Source of the DNA: Vicugna vicugna
Lineage: Eukaryota
Direction of reading: 5' to 3'
Assembly (NCBI GenBank): GCA_013265495.1
Contig: MU059126.1
Span: forward strand, 9,662,349 to 9,726,348
DNA: 64,000 nucleotides
The position numbers and the translations under genes were made by a program. Under the pieces are notes generated by a model. The model was not told the origin of the DNA, made no database searches, and saw only the letters and a program-made list of their open reading frames with translations. This document shows, in pieces, positions 1 through 12,559 of this stretch (the stretch's first letter is position 1; every line of letters begins with the position of its first letter).

Positions 1-259
1 GAGCTACAGCTGACTGGGAAAGGTTCTCGACCTTCCTCTCTCCTGTCTTCACACCGGATGTTCCATTGCTAACTGCTACCTCTCTTTCCTTCCTCCCTTC
101 CCTCCTTTGAGCCTTTATTATATACCTGTGGTGGACATCATGAATTAAAAAATAAAAAGGCTTGGTCTCTGCACTCAAAGAGTTTACAGACTGGGAGGAA
201 AAAGTAAAAGAAAAAAAAATGATGATTTCCGTTTCTTGAGAGATTTCTATGTACCAGAC

Positions 260-470
260 TGTGCTAAACACTTTATAAATACTGATATACATACACATCT
301 TAACCTCTTTAATCTTCACCATAACCCCATCAGATAGGTAATTTTATTATCTCTGCTGTACAGAAGAGAAAACTGAGGTACAGAGAGGTTAAAGTATGTA
401 CCTAAAGTCACAAAGCTAAATAAATGGTAGAACCAGAATTTGGACCAAGGCAGACTAACTTGAAACCTGT
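260..470 (-). mobile_element. MIR SINE
   Basis: MIR core in reverse (aaaactgaggtacagagaggttaa...gtcacaaagcta...gaaccagaatttg). Confidence 0.8.
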
Positions 471-508
471 GCTTTATCCATTTCACCCACTGCCCCTTTA
501 ACGTAGAC

Positions 509-719
509 CAGTAGCTCCCATCTGTGACTGATTTTACTACCCCAAGGAACATTTGGCGATGTCTGAAAGTACCTTGGATGGAACGGTTTGGGAAGAGCAG
601 GGTACTGCTGGCGTTGAATAGAGGCCAGGGCTGCTGCTGAACATCCACACAGGACAGTCCTCACAGCAAAGAATGATCCTGCCCCAGAGCATCAATAATG
701 CGGAGCTTGAGAAACCTGA
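509..719 (+). mobile_element. MER20 (hAT-Charlie)
   Basis: acatttggcgatgtctg...gaggccagggctgctgctgaacatcc...ttgagaaacctg follows MER20 along its length. Confidence 0.85.
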
Positions 720-1089
720 ACAGAGACTAATCACGGAACATAAAGGATCTGATAAAAAGCTGTATGTGTGCATCCAATTCAGCCAAGAATTCAGAAATTG
801 ATATTACCATTATTGTTCCTGGTTTTGTTGGTATCGTTTTTATTAAACGAAAGGAGAAAATCTTCAAGTGTGTCTCTCACATACTTGTAACCTGATCCCC
901 CATAATCCAAGAGCCCAAATGCTGTTGGTTAGATGTAAGGCGTTGAGCAGCAGAAGAAGATGGATTAGCTCCTGGTCAGCCCTCTCCACTCCCGCCAACC
1001 AGCCCCCACTGGGAGACTGCGTCCCAAGTTTCCACACACATCCTCCGGATCCTGCACCCGCCTGGTCTCCCGAGGACCTTTCTGTGCAC

Positions 1090-1260
1090 CACCTTCCGAG
1101 ATAATTATCCCCCTTGGACCCATACCAGTTACGTTCTCCCATGGCTGTTCATTAGCGGGAGAACGCGGGGAGGCAGGCTGATTGGCGTCCATCTCCTGTT
1201 CATCTCATCTGGGTTCCTGCGTCATCAGCAAATAGAGCGTTTTCTCAGGATGCCCACAGC
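1090..1260. promoter_or_regulatory. CpG-enriched promoter/enhancer-like element (CCAAT box, CRE-like site)
   Basis: Local CpG cluster; ctgattgg (~1178-1185) and tgcgtca (1218-1224); no repeat similarity noticed. Confidence 0.4.
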
Positions 1261-1519
1261 TGCATTCCCAGCCCAGTCAGCCAAACATTCCTGGCCCCAG
1301 CAGCAGACTGACCATCCCAGTTACAAGGAAAAGGGGAAGAGACTGTTTCCGGAAAGGCCTTGTCTGAAGGTTCTGCTCCTTGACCCTGAGAGCAATCTCT
1401 CATCCAGGGAGTTCTGTTTGGCTGTTGGCTCCAGGCCAAGGACTGGCAGCCGAGGCTGGGTCCACCCCACAACTTGAAGAACACAAGTGAGGATGAGGAA
1501 CATGGAGATGATGCTGACA

Positions 1520-1730
1520 AGCAGCGTTTCTCAAAGTGTATTCCGTGGATCACTCGTTCTGGGAAATGTTAAAGATCTTAAGAGTAAAATTTTCCATGCA
1601 CAGATGAGTTTGGGAATCCCCGACTGAAAGAAAGCTGGAACAGTGACTTTGCTGAAGGACTTCTCAGAGCTTTGAATACGTTAATGTGCATTTTGAATGT
1701 CTGACAGTAGACCGTAGCATGCCGTGTTTT
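1520..1730 (+). mobile_element. hAT-Charlie DNA transposon fragment (MER5/MER103-like)
   Basis: Starts cagcgtttctcaaagtgtattccgtgg; contains gagtttgggaatccc. Confidence 0.45.
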
Positions 1731-2379
1731 CTCGTATTATTTGACCATATGTCTTTGTTTGAATTCTCCCAAAAGCAAAGATAAAGACTTGGGTTCAGGT
1801 ATAGCTGATTTCTGAGTTGATTCCAATGATTAAAATGCAGGACTGGGGAACAGGAAACAAAGGGTGGAAAGAACACAAGATGCATTAATGAACCAATTAC
1901 AGATGTGAGCAGTGGAACTCAGTATTGCTGGAGAACACTTGCCTCACGGTGGCCCCAGTAAAAGTGAAGGCTATCTGGGCTCCTGCTCCCCATTGGCTGA
2001 AGCTTGTCCCTGGCAGGTGAGGTGCCCTGCACTTCCTGGGTTCCATCTGTGTGCTTTAGGGAAAGTTCCAAGGCAACCAAGCAAAGAGACACCGAGAGAA
2101 ACACTTGACACAGAACTCTGGCAACGTGCATGGAACTTTCCACACAGCTGCCCTGAGCTCAGATGGGCCAAAGGGATGTGGTAGGACACACAAGTCTGCT
2201 CACCACAAAAGTCTTACTTTTCCTTCTAGAACAACTCAGATGTATAGTTCTCCTTAGAACACACAGAAGGGAAGCTTGCTCTAACCTGACCCACTTAAAT
2301 GACAAGTGAGGGACAGAGATTCAGACGGAGCGTGACTTGCCCAGTGTATGTCATACTATTCCAAGAGAGGCTTACTGTG

Positions 2380-2490
2380 TTTTGGATTCCTCATCTATAA
2401 ACTAGGACTTTTTATAGCCCCTTCCTCCACAGTGACTGCATGTAGCATGTGCTTAGAACAGTGCCTGGCACAGAGTAATGGCTCAGTAAA
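2380..2490 (+). mobile_element. MIR fragment
   Basis: ttcctcatctataaa...gcttagaacagtgcctggcacagagtaatggctcagtaaa. Confidence 0.7.
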
Positions 2491-3327
2491 ATCTGCCCAA
2501 AACTGAGAGTGATTGCACACATACGATGTGCTCCCCTAGTGCCATGGCCACCCCATGTTGGTGGAAAGACGTAGTCCCTCTGTTCAGGAAGCTTAATTAC
2601 ATTCTTAAGATGAACAAGGTCATGATTTGTTCCCTAACAAGTAGATTTGAACCCCTGCACTGTGATGATAGAACAGTGAGCAAAGTTGGAGTGGTTCCTT
2701 CCTTCATGGAGCATCCAGCCTGGTAGAGAAGAGAGGAATTCAGCAGATAACCCAGTAACTAGTGAATTACTTCAAATATGATGGTAATTTTAAGAGAATA
2801 TTATCTCCACCATAAGTCTACCTTCTGGACACCCTTTTGCTCCACCAACACACATAAATTTCAACCCAGCTACATCCCCAAGGGCTGCTGGGGTGACCCC
2901 AACTAGAAAATGAAAAGCTGTAATGCCCACAGTCCCAAGTCAATTTGGTAAGAAAAAGAATTATGCTTGTTATCTGACATAATTCCCAGCCCTCATCTTC
3001 CACCCTAGACCCGAAAGAGAGCGGCTTGTCTTTTTTCCTTTTGGGGGGCAATATCAGCAGGAAAAATAACGGAAGAGACTGAGGAAAACTGTGTTGCTCA
3101 GTTATAAATATATTTAACATGATCATTACAATAGTTCCCATTTGTTCAAGATCAACTCATGTGCCACTTCATCAGGTGCTTTATATATTATTCATTTCAC
3201 ATTGAACTCTAGACACAGGACCTGGCTCTGAACAGATCAAATAAAAATCCCGACCCTCTTGGGGCTCACAGTCTACTTGGGGAACAGAGATGGTACACAT
3301 AGCAAATACAGCAATTAATGGTATATT

Positions 3328-3850
3328 AGTGTACCAGGTAGCTTTTGCTGCATAACAAACCATCCCTAATCTCAGTTGCTTAAAATTAAAACCATTTCTT
3401 TTGCTCCTGATTCTGCAGATCAGTGATGTAGACTGGTTGCTTCTTCCAATCTCAGCTGGGTTTACTCACAATATGGTTGCCTTGCAGCTAAGGGCTCAGT
3501 CATCTTGGGTCAGCTGGAACAAACTAGGCCATTCTGGCCCATGTGTCTCTCCCATCCCTCCAGCAGACTAGCCCCAGCAAGTTCTCATGGCTAGGCAGAC
3601 GTGGAAAAGGGAACAGTCCAATTCTGCAAAAGGAAAAATGAAAGTGTACACACACTTCTCAAGTCTCTGCCTGCATCCTAGTTACTAAAATCCCAGTGGC
3701 CAAAGAAAGTCTATGACAGAGCCCAGGCTCAGTGGAGATCTACAAAAATGACAGGGCAAAAGATGCAGATTCGGGGAAGCCATTTGTTGGGACAGTTGTA
3801 TAAATCACTTTGCCAAAAGTGCTGCAGAAATGAAGCAGGGCTGGAGAGCT
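3328..3850 (-). mobile_element. MLT1 (ERVL-MaLR) LTR
   Basis: tagcttttgctgcataacaaaccatccctaatctcagttgcttaaaa is a typical reverse MLT1 end; internal cccagtggccaaag. Confidence 0.75.
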
Positions 3851-3959
3851 GGAGAGTGCTGAGGCCTAGAACGTTTCCATGGGAAGCTCGGGGCAGTCCA
3901 CCCCAGGAAGTGACATGTGGGAAAGGTTTGCTTCTTTGTGTATTGCTATATATACCATT

Positions 3960-4070
3960 TCTAATTCTCACAGTAAAACCACACGTTATAAATTTTTATC
4001 CCCATTTTACAAATACAGAAATTGAAGCTCAGGGTAGTTAAGTAATGCCAAGATTTCATAACCACTAAGT
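3960..4070 (-). mobile_element. MIR fragment
   Basis: cccattttacaaatacagaaattgaagctcagggtagttaagtaa. Confidence 0.7.
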
Positions 4071-5111
4071 GGTTATAATATTAAATAGAACTCTGTTTAT
4101 TATAAGAAAACTCAACCAAAGCTGGCATAGGCCAAAAAAGGTGAGAGGGGAGACAGAATGGCTTACAAAATTGACAAGGTCATGGATGGACACCGCAGTA
4201 GGAAAATCCATGGATAGAAAGTGTGGCCTTCAGTTACACTTGGAGTCAGGCCTCGGATGCTGTCACTAGGACCTCATTTCTCTCTCCCTCTCTGTTCCTG
4301 AGCCAGCGTCCTCTGTTTGGTTCCATTCTTGGACAGTCTCCCCTGGGTGGCAGGGGGGCCACCAGCAGCTGCTTCCAATGTCAAGTCCAAGAAGAAACAG
4401 TGAGCCTCTTTTCTGGCTGTTCCCACCAAAGTTTAGAGATTCACTGCAGTTGCCCCAGTTTTGATCCCAAGCATCTCTGACCATTCGCAGTGGCCAGCAG
4501 AATGTGATGTGAAGCCCACCTTATGGCCCACCCCAGGGTGTACGCCCCAGACTGTCTTAGAACTAGGCAACATGGTAGGTGCTCGACAAGTATAAAATGG
4601 ATGAATGAATAAATAAACAGAGCTCAGTGCGGGCTTAGTAACTTGACATGCATGAGTGCACAGTCTGCATAAGCCTGTCTTCTTACTGAATAAGGTCTAA
4701 AAACCCTTACTTTTTTATAATTTATTAGTAGCGCCTTCCCCCACCCCAATACACACCTCCCACATTTATGGATATCAAGCAACTAAGCAGGAATTGTTGA
4801 TTTAACTGTGCAGTGTGCAGAAGTGGCTGATGGACCACCTCTTGCACAGAGAAGGCAAGTCACTTTATCTGGAGTCACACAGCAGGCCAGTCCTGGAGCC
4901 GAAAACAGACAAGTCTGATTTCCACGGCAACCACGCCATTACAAAAATTCAGTGTGTTCTGTGGAGGGAAAAACAAGGGAGCTGTCAAAGAGCTTTCAGA
5001 AAAATCAAGGACGAGATTCTCTAAAAGAAGTGCCAAGGTGAAACATTTTACACTATCTTCCTAATGAAAGGCCTCTTAAATGGGTAATTTATATCCTCAA
5101 CTGCTTTCCCT

Positions 5112-5390
5112 TTTTTTTTTTTTGACAGTTTTAGTTAATTTTATTGAGAGATGATTTTTTACATACAATAAGTAGACTCATTTTAAGTATAAAGTTAATT
5201 TGTTTCTACAAGTATAATTACCCATGTAACCACAATCATAATCAAGACATGGGATACTTGTATCACCACATATTCCTCTGACTGTTTTCTGTCTATTCAA
5301 CCTGACTCTGGCCCCTGGCAACCACTGATTTACTGTCACTATAAATTCATGTAGCATGTCCTATAATGTGATATAAATGAAATTATACAT
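5112..5390 (-). mobile_element. Old L1 (L1M/L1ME) 3' end
   Basis: Poly-T then ttttattgag...acatacaataa...cccatgtaaccac...cctggcaaccactgat. Confidence 0.75.
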
Positions 5391-5664
5391 CAACTGCTTT
5401 TCTGAATCTCATCTCTGATAGTTTCCTTTGAAAAATAGCTTTGCATTGCATTTCAATGTATATATTAAATTTGATATCATAACGTGACCCAGTGGGACTT
5501 AAGTTATTTGGATTAATTCAGATCAACAAGCATGTGTTGAAATCCTACACTGTGCTTGAAGCTGTGCTGTTCTGCGTTGGTGCACAGACACCTAAAGCTC
5601 AGGTGACTTAGAAGAATGAGACACGGGCCAGGTCTAACCATCAGAGCGGTTATCTTCACAGCTG

Positions 5665-5870
5665 ACGTTTATTGAACTTGACATACTATGCGTTCTTCTA
5701 AGCACTTGACATGCGTTATCTCATGTAACTCCCAGAACAGCGCTCCAGGTGGGTATTATTATCCTCAACTTTCAGAGTAGGAAACTGAGACACAGGGAGG
5801 TTAAGTCACTTGTCCAGGGTCACTCAGCTAGGAAGGGGCAGAGCAGTGAATCAAACCCAGGCAGCCCGTG
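5665..5870 (-). mobile_element. MIR
   Basis: gaaactgagacacagggaggttaagtcacttgtccagggtcactcagct...aaacccaggcag. Confidence 0.85.
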
Positions 5871-6229
5871 CTCCCTCTCCTGTCTATACCACCCTGCTTT
5901 CTCATTCATGGAGGCCCTGAAGAGGGTAGAAATCATATTAACTAAGTGCTCTCAGCACCCATTTGCTAGCTGCCATTTCTTGATGACCTCCTCTGGCCCA
6001 GGCACCACCTTGCTAGGAGAGTTACGTATATTAAGAAATTTATATACGTTAGCCCATTCAGTCTGCAGAGCAACTCTATGAAGTTGGTATTACTACCCCC
6101 ATCTTTTCAGTTACAGACACTGAGGTTGAGACCGATTAAGTAATGACTCAATGACTAAAGATTGGTGAGGTGATCAGAGGGAGGGAAGTTGGAGCAGAAC
6201 CTCTCCCCTTTCCTCCCCGAAAATGATCG

Positions 6230-6420
6230 GAGCTCCCATTTATTGTACATTTATTAGTTGCCAATCCTTTTGCTCAGTGTTTTTTATAAATTTTCTCCAG
6301 TATTCTTCTGCGGAAGCTAAGTCAGTGTATTTCACTGACTTGCTCGAAGGTCACACAGCGAGGAAGTATTGGGCCTAGAATTCAGTCCCCTGTTGAACTG
6401 ACCCCAAAGCCTCTGCTCTG
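6230..6420 (-). mobile_element. MIR
   Basis: tgacttgctcgaaggtcacacagc...gaattcagtccc. Confidence 0.65.
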
Positions 6421-6829
6421 AGCCACTGTGAGAGCGTAACTTTTCCATATAAGAAGAGATGAGGTGACATCCCTCATGGAGGGAATGGCTAAACACATTC
6501 TGGTGCCTCCATACAAGGAGAGACAACTCAGCAATTGAAGGGAATGAATTAATGATACCGCAGGTTGAATCTCAAAAGCATTATGCTAAGCAATGGAACT
6601 CGTCCATATGTTCAGCACAGTGCTTACATGACTGGATGCTTTTGTCAAAACTTGAAGAAACTTGGAGTTTGCTGTTTGCAATTTATATCTGAACTTGTAA
6701 AAAGGAAAGAAAAGAAAGAAGACATGAAGGTGGGAGATGATCTGAAGGAGCTCAGCTGGCATTCAGCCTTCAGGGAGCCCTGACTTCCTTCCTAGAAAGT
6801 ACGTCGGTTGGAAATGTGTCGATTTACTC

Positions 6830-7100
6830 AACAAATCTCTACTGAGGCCCTAGTCTGTGCCAAGTACTATCCTAGGCAAAGAGAACACTTCAGCCAGCAG
6901 AACAGAGGAGTTCTTCTTCCTTTGAATCTCACAACTGATGTTCTAGTTTGAGTTAAAAAAATAAAATAATTCCAACTAGTAATCATAAAATGAGAAAATA
7001 AAACTGAGTGACAAGACGCAGGGAATGTCTTTTAGGTCAGGGAATGCAAGCTGAGCCATTAATAGGGTTCAGGGCCCTGGAATAGCCACAGCAAAACTAG
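6830..7100 (-). mobile_element. L2 3' fragment
   Basis: tactcaacaaatctctactgagg...tgtgccaagtactatcctagg followed by purine-rich L2 body. Confidence 0.65.
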
Positions 7101-8539
7101 GGATGGGCGACAGTGGATTCAAGGGGTTTTTGACTCAAAAAAGTCCTAGACAAGAGCGTATCCAGTCAGCTCTCACGGATGCCTGTGCAAGTTATCTTCA
7201 GGAATGCTTTGACCCCAGGCGTGTCTCTTTGTGCGGCGCAAAGTACAGGTTGCCTTTCCTCCAGCCACTCAGGGAATGCTCGTTCATTTAACAATAAATT
7301 ACAGGAAACATATTTAGAAAGAGAAATATGCTAGGGCAAGACATCACATCATTTATCCTCAGGACTTGGAGCAATGCTTTTTGGATTTTTCACATGGCTG
7401 CTCCTGTCAATTCTAAATGGATTTATCATCTCCTCTTCTGCACAAATATTAAAACACTACAATTCTTTTCCAACTGACACTGTTTGCTTAGCTTTAGGTT
7501 TTATGAACAAAACATTCTTCCCTTCCCGTGGACTCTTTCCTGTGCTTTATGACCAGGAAAACCACACAACTTAAGTACTTTGGGGTTGGGTGGCTTCTTC
7601 CTGCATCTCAGCCCCTTATGTCTTGAGAACATGATGCCCCAGGTCACCTCCCACGTTTACAAGACATGTTCTTTGTTTGACCAGAACACATCCTTTGTCC
7701 CTTTGTCCTGTGCTCACCTAAAGAATGCTTCAAGTTCAAGGTGTTGACATAGAGTCAGGCAACTGTTAGAGCTGAGAGTGGGAAGGATTCTGGTAACTTT
7801 ACAAACATACTGTGTAGTCCCCATCCCCTTCATTCCTACCCTGTTTCCCTCCCCACCATTCCCCAAATCTAACCTGGTTTGGACTGGTTTCATGGCCATC
7901 TTTGGCTTTCAGGCCACAGAACCTGGTAATTGGTCCTGAGACCATTCCAGGAGTACAGTCATTATGTTGTGATAGCCAAACTCTTGCAAAGGTTGCAAAA
8001 TCTGATGCAAGTTGTTCCTGAATTTCCAGTGCTCAGAGAAAAAAAAAAAAAAACCTCGCCTTTTGTCTCTGTAAGCTGTTTACTTAGGGCTTGGACTGGG
8101 CTCCCCACCTTCCTTCCATACACAGAAATGATGACTTCCAGCCAGTTGGCATTTGCTGTTCTAATTTGCCTGTGAGCACGTCTTTCTCTTCTTTAACTCT
8201 CTGTGAATGTCAAGAATCTTTGCTGGGAACTCAGAAAGAAGTTGAGAATTTTGGGAAGCCTCTGGCAGAAGAGACTATAAAGTTAGTCCCTGCCAAAGGT
8301 TGGCCTGCCCCAGCAGGTTCAGACGATGTGAGAACCACGTCTAGAGTGAGAATCGGCTGTCCTGTCTCTCTTCTCTTAGAGCCTTGGCTCTCCCGTCAGT
8401 GTTATTAGGAGGGAGCAAAGACTTGCATTTTTCACTTGCAGTGTTTGTGGCTTTGCCGTTGGCCATATGATCTTGGTTAAATTCAGGGATACAAAGTGAT
8501 TTCCAAAGCAGTTAGGGTCATATTGATTCTGAAGAAGTC

Positions 8540-8900
8540 ACTGGGGATGTGTGTCAAGGTTAAACCAAAGATGTTCATGATGGTGGTGTTTATAATAGCC
8601 AAAAAAAAGAAAAAAGAAGAAGAAGGAGGAGAAGGAGGAGGAGGAAAAAGAAAAGAGAAAGGGATAAAAGGAACAACCTACATGTCCAGTAATAGAGAAC
8701 TGACTGATATTAATGATATGCAGTCCTGAAAAAAAAATGATGGTTTGGAAAGTTAAATGATGGCATGACATGATTTTTCCTCTGCTGCATGTACTGGCAC
8801 ACAGGAAGGAAACTAGTAATGTTAGATAAATGAATTAATAAATGTATGGGAGTTACTTTTAATGTGTAAAAGCAAGTGATATGTAATTGTGATCTCACTT
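8540..8900 (+). mobile_element. Old L1ME 3' fragment interrupted by a GA-rich tract
   Basis: aagatgttcatgatggtggtgtttataatagcc...aacaacctacatgtccagtaatag. Confidence 0.6.
8601..8663 (+). repeat. Pure purine (GA-rich) low-complexity tract
   Basis: aaaaaaaagaaaaaagaagaagaaggaggagaaggaggaggaggaaaaagaaaagagaaaggg. Confidence 0.9.
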
Positions 8901-8929
8901 TTATTTTGAAAATATAAATAAATACAGGA

Positions 8930-9135
8930 CAGAATTTCTTAAGCTTGGCCCAGCGGACATTTGGGGCCAGATAGTTTTTTTGGACAGCTCTAAGCTGTAT
9001 GTTGTAGGATGTTTAGCAACATCCCTGACTTATTCAGGGTATTAGCACCCCCTCCAGTTGTGATGACAAAATGTGTCTCCAGACACAGACACATGTCCCC
9101 TGGAAGGCACAATTGCCCCCTGATGAGAACCACTC
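8930..9135 (-). mobile_element. MER20
   Basis: Reverse MER20: gacatttggggccagatag...atgtttagcaacatccctg...aaaatgtgtctccagaca...tgagaaccact. Confidence 0.85.
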
Positions 9136-9149
9136 CTATAGCATGTAAT

Positions 9150-9400
9150 GATAACATGTGAGAACTATTACGAAGGAGAAGAACTTTATGAGAATGTGTT
9201 GAAGCACATCCCGTATGGCCTGTGGGGTCAGGGAAGGCCTTCTTGGGGAAGTGATACTTGAGCTGCGGGCTGACGGTGAGCAGGAGGTACCCACCCAACG
9301 GGCAGGGAGACACCGGGGAGAGCAGCCCATAGATCAGAGACCACGGCTGGAGCGCTGCAAGTCATTTTGGCTCCATTTTGAGAGCGTTGGCAGGCCAGAA
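9150..9400 (-). mobile_element. L2 fragment
   Basis: gtcagggaaggccttcttggggaagtgatacttgagctg. Confidence 0.6.
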
Positions 9401-9499
9401 TCTCAAACTGTCACCCTGGTGCTCCTCCAAAGAAGAATCTCAAGAGTTACGACCTCTTCACTGTGAATAGAGCTTTAAATATTTAGAGGTTCAGCAGAT

Positions 9500-9700
9500 G
9501 GCATTTGGAATCAAAGAGCCCTGTATTTGAATCCTGACTTCTCCGCTTACTAGTTGCATAACTTACGCAAGCTATTGAACCTCTCTGAGTCTCAGCTTCC
9601 CCATCTTTAAAATAGATGTAATAATTCCAACCTCACGGGGTTTCTGTGAAGATGAATTGTATAAAGCCCTTTGCACAGGACCCAACATGTGCTGTATGTT
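9500..9700 (+). mobile_element. MIR
   Basis: tttgaatcctgacttctccgcttactagttg...ctcagcttccccatctttaaaatag. Confidence 0.85.
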
Positions 9701-9779
9701 GCACACATCATGGCTACTAATGATAACGCTTGCCTTTGGAGCATTCGTGAAGTACCATGCATCGTATTTAGAACTTGAT

Positions 9780-10365
9780 ACATACTGTTTCATTTAATCT
9801 TCATGACATTCTTTTAATCTTATCCATTATTTTAATCTTGATTTACACGAGGAAACAGAGATTTAGAGGAGTTAGGTAGCGTGTTCTAATGTGTCGCACA
9901 TCATACAGCTAAAGTAAATGTGGAGCCAGCATTTTGATCAGAGGGGTTTTAGGGGCTTTTTGTTTGTTTAATACATATTTTTATTGAAGTATAGTCAGTT
10001 TACAATGTTGTGTCAATTTCTGATGTACAGCACAGTACTTCAGTAATATAGGAACGTACATATATTCATTTTCATATTCTTTTTCACTTTAAGTTACTAT
10101 AAGATATTGAATATACTTCCTGTGCTATATACAGTCTAAACTTGTTGTTTATCGGATTTTTGTGAGAATTCTCTTGTATTTCGAAATGAGAGACAATCTG
10201 CCAGAGTTTGGTAGGTGTTCTGTACGATTCAGTGGGTTTCTAGATGTGATTCTTGATGTATTTGTGGGAGAGAGTGAGCTGTGAGTCTCTCTACTCTGCC
10301 ATCTTGGCTCAACCCCCTAATCAGAGATGTTTGAAGAACACCTCTTCAACACCAAACCACACTGA
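9780..10365 (-). mobile_element. MIR split by the L1-derived insertion at 9950-10317
   Basis: gaggaaacagagatttagagg...ggagccagcattttgatcagag on the left; MIR-like sequence resumes at tcagagatgtttgaag...accacactg on the right. Confidence 0.6.
9950..10317 (-). mobile_element. L1-derived mini-element: L1 5'UTR start fused to L1 3' end (candidate spliced L1 retrocopy)
   Basis: Sense strand starts GGGGGTTGAGCCAAGATGGCAGAGTAG (L1 5' end with YY1 CAAGATGGC). After 165 nt it joins ATAAACAACAAG...CAATAAAAA plus an A-rich tail. Imperfect TSD atcagagNNgttt at 9937-9949 and 10320-10332. Confidence 0.85.
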
Positions 10366-10366
10366 C

Positions 10367-10955
10367 TTACTGAGTAATCAGTCTCCACAAATTTAGCAGT
10401 TAAAAACAACATAAGTTTATTATGTCCCAGTTTCTGTAGGTGGGATGTCTGGGCACAGCCTGGCTAGATTCTCTGCTCAGGGTCTCACCAGGTTGAAATC
10501 GAGACATCAGTCAAGACTGCAGTTCTCATCTGGGGCTTTGGTTCCTCTCCAGAGCACACCAGTTACTGGCAGGATTCATTCCCACTTGGTTGTAGGACTG
10601 ACGCCCCCACTTTTCGGCTAGCTGTCAGCCAGGGGCCACTCTAGCCCACAGTCTTTGCCACATGGCCTCCTTGGGCTTTTCACAAACATGGACATTTGCT
10701 TTCCTTCAGGTCAGCAGAAACCTGGCTCTCTGACTTTCATCTCTGCCACTGTCTGTCTTCAAGGGACTTGTGTGACTAGGTCAGGTCTGGTTGAATCAAC
10801 ACACTATCTCAAAGCCAACTGATTTGAGACCTTAATTGTGTCTGTGAAGTTCTTTCACAGTGGTGTCTAGTATAGTGGTTGACTGAATGAGTGGGAGAAA
10901 GTGTGTGTCCACCAGGAGAGTCTTGTGGGTCATCTCAGAGTTCTTGCTACCACCA
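10367..10955 (-). mobile_element. MLT1D/E/F-type LTR
   Basis: ccacaaatttagcagttaaaaacaacataagtttattatgtcccagtttctgtagg...ggtcatctcagagttcttgctacca. Confidence 0.8.
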
Positions 10956-12559
10956 CAACTTATTTCTGTTTTTGAATAGTGGCTGCTGAGGCTGTCAGAG
11001 AACGTTGTCTGCTCACACTGTGTTTCCAGATCTAACACAGCTCTTTGCAATGACATCTCCCTTAACAACCCTCCTTCCTCACCAGCTCAGTGCCCCATGG
11101 AGGTGTACAGGAGTTTACCCCAGGGTTCCTGGTGGTGGTGTTCTGTGCTGCACCTCCGTTATTGCCTCCACCAAGACTGTGAATTTCCCTCTGGTTCTTT
11201 CCTCCTCTGTCCTCTGTTTGTAGAGCCAGGTAATTCCCACTGTGACGAGGGAAAGTCTGTGCTCTTGGAAAAGGAAGAGGGATACCATTGCCAAATGTAA
11301 CTAGGACTGATTCCAGTTCAACTGGCCAGTGCCATTTTGTGGAATCCAAGACTTTTTTCTGACTTCTCGGCCGTGGCTTCTCCTCCCCACCTCTTCTCCT
11401 CCCTCCTCTGTTCTCTGGTTTCCCCTGAAAATTCCTGTGCTCTTACAAGCATGCCAAGAAAACTGCACTCAAACCATCTGGACAAGTAATCCCAGCGTGA
11501 AAATTATCTTGGTACTTGGACTTCCCAAACTAAAAGGGTTTGGGTTTGAGTCATTCACAGAGACCCACCCTAAAACAGCCTCATTCTTCTTAAGGAAAGG
11601 AAATGACACCTTAATAAAAAGGCAGCGTCCAGACTATAAAATTTCACCTTGCCATGGATTTCTTCACATCTGATCTCCATGAAAAATTTCACTGATTTTT
11701 CAAAAGCAACAAGGGAAGAGTGTAAAAGACAGGGTGGGGAGAATTAGCTGTTCCAAACATGTATTTTAGTTTGAAAATTTAAAGGGAAAAGTCCTTCAGA
11801 AATCATTAGTCAAATAAAGTCATATTTTTATTCCCACTAGACTACTTGGCACCTGTTTGTTTATTTGGTTCTTGATAATTTTAATACTGGTGTTAGTGCC
11901 AAGAATAGTATAAAGTGACCGTTTGCTAGAAGTGTGTTAGTCGGCCATCCTGATAGAAAACGGAAGCCAAGACCATTTTTAAAGGAGTGTATCTTCTGCG
12001 ATTCTATTTTTGAGATGAAAGATCAAAGGAACAGCAGCTGTATTCTTGAGAAGAAAATGTGACAAGTAATATGCCCTCCTCTGCTGAGACTCAAGATGAG
12101 CTCAAAAGACCTTGGGCTCTTAACCGAGTTCAGATTCTGTAACTGAACTCACCAAAAGCAGCTCTCCCCAGTTCCCACTGAGGAGAGGGAGAGAGGCTGG
12201 TGAGAGCCAAAGTGGAGAGGCTGGGGTACGAATATCCCAGCTCTCCTCAGTCATTGGTCGAGGGCTGCTCTCCGGGGCATTCACTGTCTGCGACACCCAT
12301 CTGCCTGCCTCACGGGCAAAGAGGACTCAGGCAGCCAGAAAAAGCCTTCAGGCAAAGAAATGCAGGCTCTGGCTCTGGCAAATCAGACCAATGTGTTCTG
12401 AGGTGCAAAGGACAAGTTGATGTGAGCATCTGATATGCCAGGAGATTTAGTGTGATGCTCCATTTCTCCTGGGGATCACTGTAGCAAATTCTGCCGTGAC
12501 ATCCTCTTAGAGCTTTTGGGGGAAAAATTGCAAATACAGATAGAAAAAACATATATCTT

